From Tissierellia bacterium (GTDB taxonomy: Bacteria > Bacillota > Clostridia > Tissierellales > Peptoniphilaceae): a DNA stretch of 64,000 nucleotides. Each line of letters begins with the position of its first letter. Within the stretch, counting starts at the first letter, position 1. The notes beneath the pieces are model-generated. The model saw only the letters and a list, made by a program, of their open reading frames with translations, did not search any database and was not told where the DNA came from. Made by a program: the position numbers and the translations under genes. The DNA lies in the NCBI GenBank assembly GCA_030527425.1, contig JAUNAV010000002.1, positions 12,601 through 76,600 of the forward strand, given 5' to 3'. Of this stretch, positions 11,658-21,744 are shown in pieces.

Positions 11658-13427
11658 ATGAAGTTTAAAAGAACACATATGGCAGGCAATTTGAGAAAAG
11701 AAGATATTGGAAATGAAGTAGTACTTATGGGCTGGGTATCTAATATAAGAAATTTGGGATCTTTGATATTTATTGATCTACGAGATACTACAGGGATTTC
11801 TCAGATTGTTATAAGAGAAGAAGATAAAGACAATTACGAAATAGCTAAAAAAATTTCAAAAGAGTATGTTATCGAAACAAAGGGAGTTATCAGGGAAAGA
11901 GAGAGTAAAAACCCAGATATTCCAACAGGCGATATTGAAGTAATAGCATCTGAAATTTATATTCTCGATCAAGCAGATACCCCACCAATTTATATAAAAG
12001 ATGATGATAATGTATCTGAAAATATGAGATTAAAATATAGATACTTAGATATTAGAAAACCAGAAGTTCAAAAAAGACTAAAAATCAGGGCTAAGGTTGT
12101 AAAAACAATGAGAGATTATATGTATGATAATCACTTCATTGAGGTAGAAACACCATTTTTAACAAAGCCTACTCCAGAAGGAGCAAGAGATTATTTGGTT
12201 CCATCTAGAGTTAACAAAGGAAAATTTTTCGCATTGCCTCAATCACCTCAATTGATGAAACAATTATTAATGATTGGAGGAATGGATAGATATTATCAAA
12301 TAGTTAAATGCTTTAGAGACGAAGATTTAAGAGCAAATAGACAACCTGAATTTACTCAGCTTGATATGGAAATGAGCTTTGTTGATCAAGAAGATGTAAT
12401 TAATATGAATGAAGGTCTACTAAAAGTATTATTTGATAAATTTACTGATTATGATCTTAAATTGCCTATTGATAGAATTGATTATCAACAAGCCATGACT
12501 AAATATGGTTCGGATAAACCGGATTTACGTTTCGGTTTTGAAATTAAAGATATTTCTAATGCTTTTAAAGATACTGAGTTTAAAGTATTTAAAGATAATC
12601 TTGGAGAAAATAGATCTATTAGAGCTATAAATTTTAATAATCAAGCTTCCAATTATTCAAGAAAACAAATATCAAAATTAGAAGATTTTGTAAAAGACTA
12701 TGGACTTAAAGGATTAAGTTTCATAAAATTTGTTGATGGTGAAATTCAATCTAGTATTAAAAAATTCCTAGATGAAAAAACTTTAGATGAAATTAAAGAA
12801 ATTTTAGAAGTTAAAGATAATGATTTAGTTTTAATAGCAGCAGATAAAAATAAAATAGTGCTTGAAGGACTTGGAGCTTTAAGAAGAAAAGTGGCTAAAG
12901 ATCAAAATGCATATGAAAAAGATTATGCTCTTTGCTGGGTAGTAAATTTCCCAATGTTTGAATACAGTGAAGAAGAAGATAGATATGTATCACAACATCA
13001 TCCTTTCACAAAACCTGTAGATGAAGATGTAAAATATCTTAAAGAAAATCCTGAAATTGTAAGAACAAATGCATATGACATTGTCATTAATGGAGAAGAA
13101 ATGGGTGGAGGCTCAGTAAGAATAAACAATTCAAAACTTCAAAAGCAAGTATTTGAAGCCTTAAAGCTTACACAAGAGGATATAGAAAAGAAATTTGGAT
13201 TTTTTATTGAAGCATTAAAATATGGTACACCTCCACATGCCGGCATAGCCTATGGTTTGGATAGATTAATAATGTTATTTGCTAAAACAGATAATATTAA
13301 AGATATAATAGCTTTTCCAAAAACACAATCAGCTACTTGTCCATTAACCCAAGCTCCATCGCTAGTTGAAGAAAATGTATTAGAGGAGTTAGCTATTAAT
13401 GTCAATGAACCAATTTCAAAGGAATGA
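11658..13427 (+). CDS. aspS: aspartate--tRNA ligase
   Basis: Class II motifs FRDEDLRANRQPEFTQLD, GGGSVRI, GLDRLIM. 589 aa. Confidence 0.95.
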   Translation: MKFKRTHMAGNLRKEDIGNEVVLMGWVSNIRNLGSLIFIDLRDTTGISQIVIREEDKDNYEIAKKISKEYVIETKGVIRERESKNPDIPTGDIEVIASEIYILDQADTPPIYIKDDDNVSENMRLKYRYLDIRKPEVQKRLKIRAKVVKTMRDYMYDNHFIEVETPFLTKPTPEGARDYLVPSRVNKGKFFALPQSPQLMKQLLMIGGMDRYYQIVKCFRDEDLRANRQPEFTQLDMEMSFVDQEDVINMNEGLLKVLFDKFTDYDLKLPIDRIDYQQAMTKYGSDKPDLRFGFEIKDISNAFKDTEFKVFKDNLGENRSIRAINFNNQASNYSRKQISKLEDFVKDYGLKGLSFIKFVDGEIQSSIKKFLDEKTLDEIKEILEVKDNDLVLIAADKNKIVLEGLGALRRKVAKDQNAYEKDYALCWVVNFPMFEYSEEEDRYVSQHHPFTKPVDEDVKYLKENPEIVRTNAYDIVINGEEMGGGSVRINNSKLQKQVFEALKLTQEDIEKKFGFFIEALKYGTPPHAGIAYGLDRLIMLFAKTDNIKDIIAFPKTQSATCPLTQAPSLVEENVLEELAINVNEPISKE

Positions 13428-14115
13428 AAAAGTAATAGGTAAGAAAAATCAAGAATTATTGTTTAAAAAATCTGTTTTAATAATAGGAGTAGGTGGTGTA
13501 GGAGCAATGCTTGCCATGAGCCTAGCTAGAATGGGTATAGGCGAGATTTCACTTATAGATGATGATGTAATTGATATTACTAATTTAAATCGTCAAATAC
13601 ATGCTTTTGTTGATAATGTTGGTGAAAGCAAAGTGGATGTTATGAAAAAGCTTATTTTAAGGATTAATCCTAAAGCAAAAGTAAATTCTTTTAAAATAAG
13701 AGTTTCAAAAGAAAATCTTGAAGATTTAAATCTTAATCAATATGATTATATTGCAGATTGTATCGACACAGTAAGTGCTAAGATTGGACTTATTGAATAT
13801 GCAAAGAAAAATGAACTTAATATAATTTCATCAATGGGAGCAGGAAATAGAATGGATCCTTCAAAGATAGAGGTTTCTGATATATACAAAACTAGCTATG
13901 ATCCATTAGCTAAAGTAATAAGAAGAGAGTGTAGAAAATTAAAAATAAAAGATCTTAAAGTGGTTTATTCAAAAGAAGAGCCAAAAGTAAAATCAAGTCA
14001 AAAAGAAAATATTAGAAAATCTGTACCCTCTTCTGTATCCTTTTTGCCACCGACTTTTGGTTTATTTATGGCTTCTGAGATAATTAAGGATTTTATTTAT
14101 GAGTTTGATAAATAA
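13399..14115 (+). CDS. ThiF/MoeB-family adenylyltransferase, TcdA (tRNA ct6A dehydratase)-like
   Basis: Rossmann motif IIGVGGVGAMLAMSLARMGIGEISLIDDDVIDITNLNRQ. About 240 aa, as for TcdA/YrvM. SD gaggag lies 10 nt upstream. Confidence 0.75.
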   Translation: MSMNQFQRNEKVIGKKNQELLFKKSVLIIGVGGVGAMLAMSLARMGIGEISLIDDDVIDITNLNRQIHAFVDNVGESKVDVMKKLILRINPKAKVNSFKIRVSKENLEDLNLNQYDYIADCIDTVSAKIGLIEYAKKNELNIISSMGAGNRMDPSKIEVSDIYKTSYDPLAKVIRRECRKLKIKDLKVVYSKEEPKVKSSQKENIRKSVPSSVSFLPPTFGLFMASEIIKDFIYEFDK

Positions 14116-14515
14116 AAAAGCAATCGTAGTAAAAAAAGAGAAAGATAAAACCCAATTAATGGTATTAAGAGATTCTGCATGTGGATCTTGTTCCACATGT
14201 GGAGGATGTGAAGTTAAGCCAAGTTTTATTGAATTGTCTATAAAAGATATGAATTTAAAAGCGGGAGATGAGGTTATTATTACAACGAAGTCTTCTGATC
14301 TTTTAAAAATGAGTTGGGCTATTTATATCTTACCTGTTATAATGATGATAATAGGTGCAGTTATATCTAATATTATGTTTAAGGATAAAAATGTAGATTT
14401 AAATATAGTTACATTTTTAAGCGTAATTGTATTTTTAGCCCTTTCCTTATTTATAATTAAATTTATAGACAGTAGATTCAAGAAAGATACTTTAATTAAA
14501 GTAAAGAGGTGTTAA
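14099..14515 (+). CDS. RseC/MucC-family (SoxR-reducing system) Cys-rich membrane protein
   Basis: N-terminal CGSCSTCGGC (CxxCxxCxxC) motif followed by two TM helices. Overlaps the ThiF-like gene by 17 nt. Confidence 0.55.
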   Translation: MSLINKKAIVVKKEKDKTQLMVLRDSACGSCSTCGGCEVKPSFIELSIKDMNLKAGDEVIITTKSSDLLKMSWAIYILPVIMMIIGAVISNIMFKDKNVDLNIVTFLSVIVFLALSLFIIKFIDSRFKKDTLIKVKRC

Positions 14516-15766
14516 ATGATTTTTGATTATCAAAATATTAAAAAAGTCGACAGAGAAGTTTATGATGCCTTAAACAAAGAATTAAAAAGACAAGAAGAGA
14601 ATATAGAACTCATCGCTTCTGAAAATTATGTTTCAAAAGCAGTTCTTGAAGCTAGTGGTTGTATTTCAACAAATAAATATGCTGAAGGACTTCCGCATAA
14701 AAGATATTATGGAGGTTGTCATAATATTGATATTATAGAAGACTTGGCTATTAAAAGAGTCAAAGAAATTTTTGGTTGTGAGCATGCTAATGTTCAACCA
14801 CATTCAGGATCTAATGCCAATCTTGCAGCATTTTTAGCGGTTTTAAAACCAGGAGATAAGGTGTTATCAATGGATTTAAGCCAAGGTGGACATCTGTCTC
14901 ATGGTTCAAAAGTCAATATATCTGGAAAGTGGTTTGAATTTCATCATTATGGATTAGATGCTGAAACTGAAAGAATTGATTATGACAATGTATTAGAAAT
15001 TGCAAAAAAAGTTAATCCAAAATTAATTATATGCGGAGCAAGTGCATATCCAAGAGAAATTGATTTTAAGAAATTTAGAGAAATAGCTGATGAAGTAAAT
15101 GCTATACTCATGGCTGATATTGCTCATATTGCAGGACTCGTTGCTGCAAATGTTCATATGAGCCCTGTTAAATATTGCGACATCGTAACAACTACAACGC
15201 ACAAAACCTTACGAGGCCCTCGTGGAGCAATAATAATGTGCAAAGAAAAACTAAAAAAAGATATTGATAAAGCTGTTTTTCCTGGATTGCAAGGTGGTCC
15301 TTTAGAACATATTATCGCTGCTAAAGCTATATGCTTTAAAGAGGCATTATCAGATGATTTTAAGGCTTATGCAAAAAACATAATTAAAAATGCTAAAGTC
15401 ATGGCTGATACTTTGAAAAAAGAAGGTTTTAAATTAGTCACAGATGGAACTGATAATCATCTAATATTAATAGACTTAACTAATATGAATTTAACAGGAA
15501 AAGAAGCAGAAAAACTTTTAGATGAAGTTAAGATAACTACTAATAAAAATACAATTCCTAATGAAAAGTTATCTCCAATGATTACAAGTGGTTTAAGAAT
15601 TGGAACTGCAGCAATAACTACTAGACATATGAAAGAAGAACAAGCTAAACAAATCGCCCTATTGATTTCAGATACGCTACAAAAGAAAAGGGATAAAGAA
15701 GATATTAAAAGGGATGTTTTGAAACTTACAGAAAAATTTCCTGTATATGGAGTAGATCATGAATAG
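14516..15766 (+). CDS. glyA: serine hydroxymethyltransferase
   Basis: PLP-lysine motif [13 protein letters not shown], and ELIASENY. Confidence 0.95.
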   Translation: MIFDYQNIKKVDREVYDALNKELKRQEENIELIASENYVSKAVLEASGCISTNKYAEGLPHKRYYGGCHNIDIIEDLAIKRVKEIFGCEHANVQPHSGSNANLAAFLAVLKPGDKVLSMDLSQGGHLSHGSKVNISGKWFEFHHYGLDAETERIDYDNVLEIAKKVNPKLIICGASAYPREIDFKKFREIADEVNAILMADIAHIAGLVAANVHMSPVKYCDIVTTTTHKTLRGPRGAIIMCKEKLKKDIDKAVFPGLQGGPLEHIIAAKAICFKEALSDDFKAYAKNIIKNAKVMADTLKKEGFKLVTDGTDNHLILIDLTNMNLTGKEAEKLLDEVKITTNKNTIPNEKLSPMITSGLRIGTAAITTRHMKEEQAKQIALLISDTLQKKRDKEDIKRDVLKLTEKFPVYGVDHE

Positions 15767-17078
15767 ACCAATAGTTACTTTAGTAGGAAGAACAAATGTT
15801 GGAAAATCAACTTTATTTAATCGATTAGTAGGTAAGAGAAAATCAATTACTGAAGATTTTCATGGAGTAACTCGTGATAGAGTATACGATAAAGTAGAAT
15901 GGCTGGGTAAAGAGTTCATTTTATCGGATACTGGTGGATTAGATATTTCTAATAAAGAAAAAATGAATGTAGAAATAAAATCTCAAGTAACAAAAGCATT
16001 AAATGAATCCTCAGTAATATTATTTTTAGTTGATGGTAAAGAAGGGTTATCAGCACATGATTACGAAATTGCTAATGAGATTAGAAAGTACAATAAGCCA
16101 GTTATAATTGTTGTAAATAAGATTGATTCTCACAAAACACCGGAAGAGATATACGAATTTTATCAATTAGGTTTTGATTCACTCTGCGTAATCTCTGCAG
16201 AACATTCATATGGACTAGGAGATCTCTTAGATGAGATACTAAGATTTATTGATTTTGATAAAATAGAAGAAGAATTTGCTGATGAGACAAGAATTGCAAT
16301 AATTGGTAAACCAAATGCTGGTAAGTCATCACTTGTAAATCTTTTATTAAATGATGACAGAATGATAGTAACTGATATTGCAGGTACAACAAGAGATGCA
16401 GTAGATAATTATTGGAATTACAATGGTAAGGACTATGTTTTAGTAGATACTGCAGGTCTTAGGCGAAAGAAAAAAGTAAAAGAAAATATTGAATATTATT
16501 CAGTACAAAGAACACTAGATGCTGTTGATCAAGCAGATATTTGCTTATTTCTAATAGATTACAATGTAGGAGTTACTGAACAAGATGCAAAGATAGCTGG
16601 ATATGCGCACAATAATCACAAAGCAGTTGTAATTGCAGTAAATAAATGGGATTTGTCACAAAAAAGTAATCAAGCTGTAAAAGATATGACAAAGGATATT
16701 AGAGAAAAACTGTCATTTATGCCATATGCTCCTATAGTATTTATCTCTGTAAAAGAAAAAATTAGAATTAATAAGTTACTAGAAACTATAGAAATTGTAG
16801 ATAATAATTATTCACATAGAATTAAGACAGGAGTTCTAAATGATATTTTAAATAACGCAATTATGACTAGTCCTCCACCAACTGATAAAGGAAAGAGATT
16901 AAAAATATTTTATATATCTCAAGTTTCCCAAAGACCACCAAAATTTATTTTACATGTAAATGATAAAGAGTTGATGCATTTTTCTTATTTAAGATATATA
17001 GAAAATCAAATCAGAGAAAATTATCAACTAGTGGGGGTACCATTTTGCTTTGAAGTTAGAGAAAGGAAAAGTAAATGA
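15759..17078 (+). CDS. der: ribosome biogenesis GTPase Der (EngA)
   Basis: Two G domains, GRTNVGKST and GKPNAGKSS, plus a KH-like C-terminus. Confidence 0.95.
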   Translation: MNRPIVTLVGRTNVGKSTLFNRLVGKRKSITEDFHGVTRDRVYDKVEWLGKEFILSDTGGLDISNKEKMNVEIKSQVTKALNESSVILFLVDGKEGLSAHDYEIANEIRKYNKPVIIVVNKIDSHKTPEEIYEFYQLGFDSLCVISAEHSYGLGDLLDEILRFIDFDKIEEEFADETRIAIIGKPNAGKSSLVNLLLNDDRMIVTDIAGTTRDAVDNYWNYNGKDYVLVDTAGLRRKKKVKENIEYYSVQRTLDAVDQADICLFLIDYNVGVTEQDAKIAGYAHNNHKAVVIAVNKWDLSQKSNQAVKDMTKDIREKLSFMPYAPIVFISVKEKIRINKLLETIEIVDNNYSHRIKTGVLNDILNNAIMTSPPPTDKGKRLKIFYISQVSQRPPKFILHVNDKELMHFSYLRYIENQIRENYQLVGVPFCFEVRERKSK

Positions 17079-17662
17079 TTAATTATATTTTAGTCTTTAT
17101 TACCTCCTTTCTTCTAGGGGGATTGTCATTTTCTTATATATTTGGTATGATTTATGACCACACAGATATTAGGACAAAGGGAAGCAAAAATGCTGGTGCT
17201 ACTAATGCTTATAGATCCTATGGATTAAAAGTTGGTGTTTTATCATTAGTTTGTGATATGTTAAAGGCTGTTGTTGCGGTATTTATAGCTAAAAAACTTG
17301 GAGATAAAACTCTGGAAGCTTTTGCTGCTTTGGTTGTGGTTTTAAGTCATATGTACTCTTATATGTTACAATTTAAAGGTGGTAAAGGTGTAGCTAGCTC
17401 TGCGGGAGCTTTATTGATTATTGATTGGAGAATTTTTATTGTTTTAGTCATTGTATTTGTAGTAGTTTTTTTAATAACTAAGATAGTATCGATTTCTTCA
17501 TTGACAGCAGCAATTTTTGCACCAATATCTACATTAGTCTTTTATGGACTAGAAGAGAGATTATTATTTCTATTTATTTTAATTATGGTAATTATGGTTT
17601 TTTATAGACATAAAGCTAATATAATTAGAATAAAAAATAAACAAGAAAAAAGATTGATTTGA
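17075..17662 (+). CDS. plsY: glycerol-3-phosphate acyltransferase PlsY
   Basis: GSKNAGATN motif and FKGGKGVA; polytopic membrane protein. Confidence 0.9.
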   Translation: MINYILVFITSFLLGGLSFSYIFGMIYDHTDIRTKGSKNAGATNAYRSYGLKVGVLSLVCDMLKAVVAVFIAKKLGDKTLEAFAALVVVLSHMYSYMLQFKGGKGVASSAGALLIIDWRIFIVLVIVFVVVFLITKIVSISSLTAAIFAPISTLVFYGLEERLLFLFILIMVIMVFYRHKANIIRIKNKQEKRLI

Positions 17663-17669
17663 GGTTAAT

Positions 17670-18653
17670 ATGCAAATTACAATTTTAGGAGCTGGCAGTT
17701 GGGCAACTGCAATAGCACGTTTATTATCAGATAAATATGAAATTTTGCTTTATAGTAGAAATAAAGAAGTTAATGATGCGATTAATAATGAGCATATAAA
17801 TAAGAAATATTTTCCAGATTTAGAACTATCTGAAAATATTAAAGCAACTGATAGCATTGAAAAAGCGTCGGAAAATAAATATATTATAAATGCAATTCCG
17901 ACACAGGCAACAAGAGAAGTTTTAAATAATTTTAAAGATCATCTTTCAAACGAGAAGGTGTTTATAAACTTATCAAAGGGTCTTGAGCTAAATACGCACA
18001 AAAGGATATCTCAGATTGTAAAAGAAATTTCTGATATAAACTATGCAGTTCTTTCAGGACCATCACATGCTGAAGAGGTCATAATAGCAATGCCAACAAC
18101 TGTGGTTTGTGCAAGCGAAGATGAAAGTATTGCAAAAGATGTTCAAAACATATTTATGAGAGATACCTTTAGGGTTTATACATCTACAGATGTTATAGGA
18201 GTTGAACTTGGTGGCGCTGTAAAGAACATTCTTGCTTTAGGAATTGGTATTTTAGATGGCCTTGGCTATGGAGATAATCCAAAAGCTGCTTTAATAACTA
18301 GAGGTATTCATGAAATGTCAAAATTTGCCAAGTCACAAAATGCAGATATTAAGACTATTAATGGGCTTGCAGGAGTTGGAGATTTAATTGTGACAGCCAC
18401 GAGCGAACATTCTAGAAACTTTAAAGCTGGTCGTTTGATTGGTAAAGGTATTAATGTTGAAGAAGCAAAAAAAGAAATTAAGATGGTCGTTGAAGGCATA
18501 CCAACTACAAAAGCCATATATTCATTATCAAAAGATATTTCCGAACAGATGCCTATAACAACTGAGATTTACAATGTTTTATTTAATAACCAAGATCCTA
18601 AAGATTGCGCTATAAATTTGATGACTAGAGATAAAAAGAGTGAATATGAATAG
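17670..18653 (+). CDS. gpsA: NAD(P)H-dependent glycerol-3-phosphate dehydrogenase
   Basis: ILGAGSWATA, GGAVKNILA, GVGDLIVT. Confidence 0.9.
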   Translation: MQITILGAGSWATAIARLLSDKYEILLYSRNKEVNDAINNEHINKKYFPDLELSENIKATDSIEKASENKYIINAIPTQATREVLNNFKDHLSNEKVFINLSKGLELNTHKRISQIVKEISDINYAVLSGPSHAEEVIIAMPTTVVCASEDESIAKDVQNIFMRDTFRVYTSTDVIGVELGGAVKNILALGIGILDGLGYGDNPKAALITRGIHEMSKFAKSQNADIKTINGLAGVGDLIVTATSEHSRNFKAGRLIGKGINVEEAKKEIKMVVEGIPTTKAIYSLSKDISEQMPITTEIYNVLFNNQDPKDCAINLMTRDKKSEYE

Positions 18654-18660
18654 GAGCAAT

Positions 18661-19341
18661 ATGACTATAAAAGAAAATATTTTTGAAATTGAAGAAGATA
18701 TCAAAAAATATTCACAATCAAATGCTAAATTACTTTGTGTAACAAAAACTATTGATATAACTAGAATAAAAGAAGCCTATGATATAGGATATAAAGAATT
18801 TGGAGAAAACAAAGTACAAGAATTACTTGATAAAAAAGAAAAAATGCCAAAGGATATAAATTGGCATTTAATTGGTCATCTACAAACAAATAAAGTAAAT
18901 AAAATTGTAGGTGAAGTTGGTTTAATTCATTCAGTAGATAGCATTAAATTGCTAAAAAAAATTAATAATAGAGCATATGATTTAGGTATTATTCAGGATA
19001 TTTTATTACAAGTTAATATTTCAAAAGAAGATACTAAATCAGGCTTTTATAAAGAAGAATTAGAAGAAGTATTAAAAGAAGCGAATGATTTAAACAGTAT
19101 AAAAATAAGAGGATTTATGACAATGGCTCCATATTCTGAGAATCCTGAGAATATTCGCTGGGTGTTTAAAGAATTAAAAAAAGAATTCGATAAATTTAGC
19201 GATTTAAGTTATAATAATATTAAGTTAGATTATTTATCAATGGGAATGACTAATGATTATAAGATAGCTTTAGAAGAAGGAGCTAATATTATAAGAGTTG
19301 GTTCAAAAATATTTGGCAAAAGGGAGTATAATAATGTTTGA
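18661..19341 (+). CDS. yggS: YggS/YlmE-family pyridoxal-phosphate homeostasis protein
   Basis: LLCVTKT...FGENKVQE, MGMTNDY, IRVGSKIFG. Start at 18661 chosen from SD aggag at 18652-18656. Confidence 0.85.
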   Translation: MTIKENIFEIEEDIKKYSQSNAKLLCVTKTIDITRIKEAYDIGYKEFGENKVQELLDKKEKMPKDINWHLIGHLQTNKVNKIVGEVGLIHSVDSIKLLKKINNRAYDLGIIQDILLQVNISKEDTKSGFYKEELEEVLKEANDLNSIKIRGFMTMAPYSENPENIRWVFKELKKEFDKFSDLSYNNIKLDYLSMGMTNDYKIALEEGANIIRVGSKIFGKREYNNV

Positions 19342-19834
19342 AAAATTAAAAGGCTTTGTAGGCGTTGATGATAATTATGAATATGATGATTATGAAGATG
19401 AAACAGTAGAAAGAGAAGAACCTAAGAGAAATACTTATGAGACTTATTCTACAAAAGAAGAAAATAATTCTGAAACATATTCAAGTGATGATTTTAAATC
19501 TACTCGTTCTAGAAGAAATAATAATATAGTAAATATGAATAATAGTCAAAAATCAAATAGGTTCAAGATATCAATACAAGAACCTTTAGATTATAACGAT
19601 GCTCCAAAAGTCATAGACGATATTAGAGCTTTGAAAGTCGTGGTTTTAAATTTAGAAATGGTTGAAACTGATAAAAAAAGACAAATATTTGATTTTGTAA
19701 GCGGCGGGGTTTATGCCTTAGATGGAAGAATGCAAAAAGTTACTAAAGGAATTTTTGTAATATGCCCAAAGGGTGTAGACATAGATGGATCTATGGCAGA
19801 TCAAATTCAATCTGGAGGAATGTATCAATTATAA
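19334..19834 (+). CDS. sepF: cell division protein SepF
   Basis: MFEKLKGFVG N-terminus, and C-terminal core VVVLNLEMVETDKKRQIFDFVSGGVYALDG. SD agggag at 19321-19326. Follows yggS as in the dcw-distal ylm cluster. Confidence 0.8.
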   Translation: MFEKLKGFVGVDDNYEYDDYEDETVEREEPKRNTYETYSTKEENNSETYSSDDFKSTRSRRNNNIVNMNNSQKSNRFKISIQEPLDYNDAPKVIDDIRALKVVVLNLEMVETDKKRQIFDFVSGGVYALDGRMQKVTKGIFVICPKGVDIDGSMADQIQSGGMYQL

Positions 19835-19866
19835 AGATCGACTATAGTCGATCTTTTAATTTTTAG
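19833..19866 (+). terminator. intrinsic terminator after sepF
   Basis: 10-bp stem aaagatcgac-tata-gtcgatcttt followed by a T-rich tract. Confidence 0.8.
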
Positions 19867-19869
19867 ATT

Positions 19870-20628
19870 ATGACATTAGAGTATAATATTGACTTTATAA
19901 GAGATAAAAATAAAAAAACTAATATTAAAAAGGCGATTTCTCTTTTGGAAAAAGCATTTTATACTAAAAAGTTTGTATATAGCTTTTTTCTAGATCCGAT
20001 GGAACAAAAAATCATATCAAATATAGCAAAAAATAATGATATAGATATAAAATTTGTTGGAGGAAATGAAAAAGCAGAAAGAAAAATATTCTTAGTTAAT
20101 TTTAATCATTGTTTAAATGAAGACTATATTAGAGTTTTAATCATTAAAGATATAAACTTAGAACATAAAGATATACTAGGAGCTTTAATTTCTTTAGGGA
20201 TAGACAGAGAGAATATAGGAGATATTGTAATCGACAAGAATTGTGAATTTGTTGTTTTAGAAGATGATTATCCATTTATAAAATATAATCTTACAAAAAT
20301 TGCAAATAAATCCGTGAAAGTAGAAGAAAAGAAAATAAATACGCTCATGGATAAAAGATTAGAATACAAGATAAATAAAATATTTGTTTCATCTTTAAGA
20401 ATTGATAATTTGGTTTCTTCAATTTTGAATCTTTCAAGAAAAAAAGCTAAAGATTTAATCAAAAAAAAGAAGATAAAGATTGATTATATGATAGTTGATG
20501 ATCCATCTTATCAAGTAGAAGAAGAGAGTCTTATTTCTATACGAGGTTACGGAAGATATATTTTTGATCAGATTATAGGATCAAGTAAAAAAGGTAATTA
20601 TCACATTATTTATAAGAAGGTATTATGA
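19870..20628 (+). CDS. ylmH: YlmH-family S4-domain RNA-binding protein
   Basis: FLDPMEQ motif and C-terminal S4-like RIDNLVSSILNLSRKKAKDLIKKKKIKID. Position after sepF. Confidence 0.7.
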   Translation: MTLEYNIDFIRDKNKKTNIKKAISLLEKAFYTKKFVYSFFLDPMEQKIISNIAKNNDIDIKFVGGNEKAERKIFLVNFNHCLNEDYIRVLIIKDINLEHKDILGALISLGIDRENIGDIVIDKNCEFVVLEDDYPFIKYNLTKIANKSVKVEEKKINTLMDKRLEYKINKIFVSSLRIDNLVSSILNLSRKKAKDLIKKKKIKIDYMIVDDPSYQVEEESLISIRGYGRYIFDQIIGSSKKGNYHIIYKKVL

Positions 20629-21086
20629 TTTATATTTTAATTATACTAATTGGTCTAGTACTTGATAGACTAACTAAATTATATGCTATAAATAATTTTA
20701 TAGACAATCCAATAGATTTAGGTTGGATAAAACTTACTTATCTAGAAAATAGAGGAGCAGCATTTGGAATATTACAAAATAAAAGGACTATATTTATAAT
20801 TTTAACTGTGACTATAGTTTTTTTAATCTGCATATATTTTATTAAAAATATAAAGTACAATTCTAAATTGATAAATATTTCAATTGCTTTTATAATTTCT
20901 GGCGCATTGGGAAATTTTTACGATAGAGTTATTAATCACTATGTTGTAGATTTTATTGATGTAAATTTTAATGGGAAATTTAATTTTCCAGTCTTTAATG
21001 TAGCTGATATATTTGTTACAGTTGGATGTATTTTTCTAATGTTTTTAATTTTAGGAGATAAAGATGTCAGTAAAAATAGGAAATAG
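20625..21086 (+). CDS. lspA: lipoprotein signal peptidase II
   Basis: NRGAAFG, VVDFID, FNVADI motifs; 4 TM helices. Confidence 0.9.
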   Translation: MIYILIILIGLVLDRLTKLYAINNFIDNPIDLGWIKLTYLENRGAAFGILQNKRTIFIILTVTIVFLICIYFIKNIKYNSKLINISIAFIISGALGNFYDRVINHYVVDFIDVNFNGKFNFPVFNVADIFVTVGCIFLMFLILGDKDVSKNRK

Positions 21087-21744
21087 CTGGGATAAACTAT
21101 TAGAAAAAGAATGGCAGATGTCCTATTATAAGACTTTAAGAAAACTTCTAATTGAGGAATATAAAAAATATAAAATATATCCTGAAATGAATGATATATT
21201 TAATGCTTTAAAATATGTAAGTTATGAAGATTGTAAGGTAGTTATATTAGGACAAGACCCTTATCATGGTGTTAATCAGGCAAATGGATTTTCATTTTCT
21301 GTTAAAAAAGATGTTAAGATTCCTCCTTCACTATTAAATATTTTTAAGGAGATGAGTTCGGATATTAACACCTATATTCCAGATAATGGTGATTTAACTA
21401 AATGGGCAAGACAAGGTGTACTTCTATTAAACTCAACGCTTACAGTTAGAGCACATCAACCAAATTCTCATCAAAATATTGGTTGGCAGATGTTAACAGA
21501 TAGAATTATTGAGCTTTTGAATAATAGAAAAAAGCCCATGGTTTTTATTTTGTGGGGGAAAAATGCACAAAATAAAAAGAAATTGATAACTAATAAAAAT
21601 CACTTGATAATAGAATCGTCTCATCCATCGCCATTTGCTGCCTATAGAGGTTTTTTTGGCTCAAAGCCTTTTTCAAGAACAAATCAATTTCTTAAAGAAC
21701 ATGATATGGATGAGGTCGACTGGCAAATTGAAAATATTAATTAG
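21064..21744 (+). CDS. ung: uracil-DNA glycosylase (family 1)
   Basis: GQDPYHG, LLLNSTLTV, SHPSPF motifs. Confidence 0.95.
   Translation: MSVKIGNSWDKLLEKEWQMSYYKTLRKLLIEEYKKYKIYPEMNDIFNALKYVSYEDCKVVILGQDPYHGVNQANGFSFSVKKDVKIPPSLLNIFKEMSSDINTYIPDNGDLTKWARQGVLLLNSTLTVRAHQPNSHQNIGWQMLTDRIIELLNNRKKPMVFILWGKNAQNKKKLITNKNHLIIESSHPSPFAAYRGFFGSKPFSRTNQFLKEHDMDEVDWQIENIN

Noticed and set aside
19380-19560. Low-complexity acidic and Asn/Ser-rich stretches in SepF. Similar stretches occur in ComEA (29480-29580) and RqcH (about 38080-38130).
   Set aside because: They correspond to known flexible linker regions of these proteins and are in frame. They are not nucleotide-level repeats.
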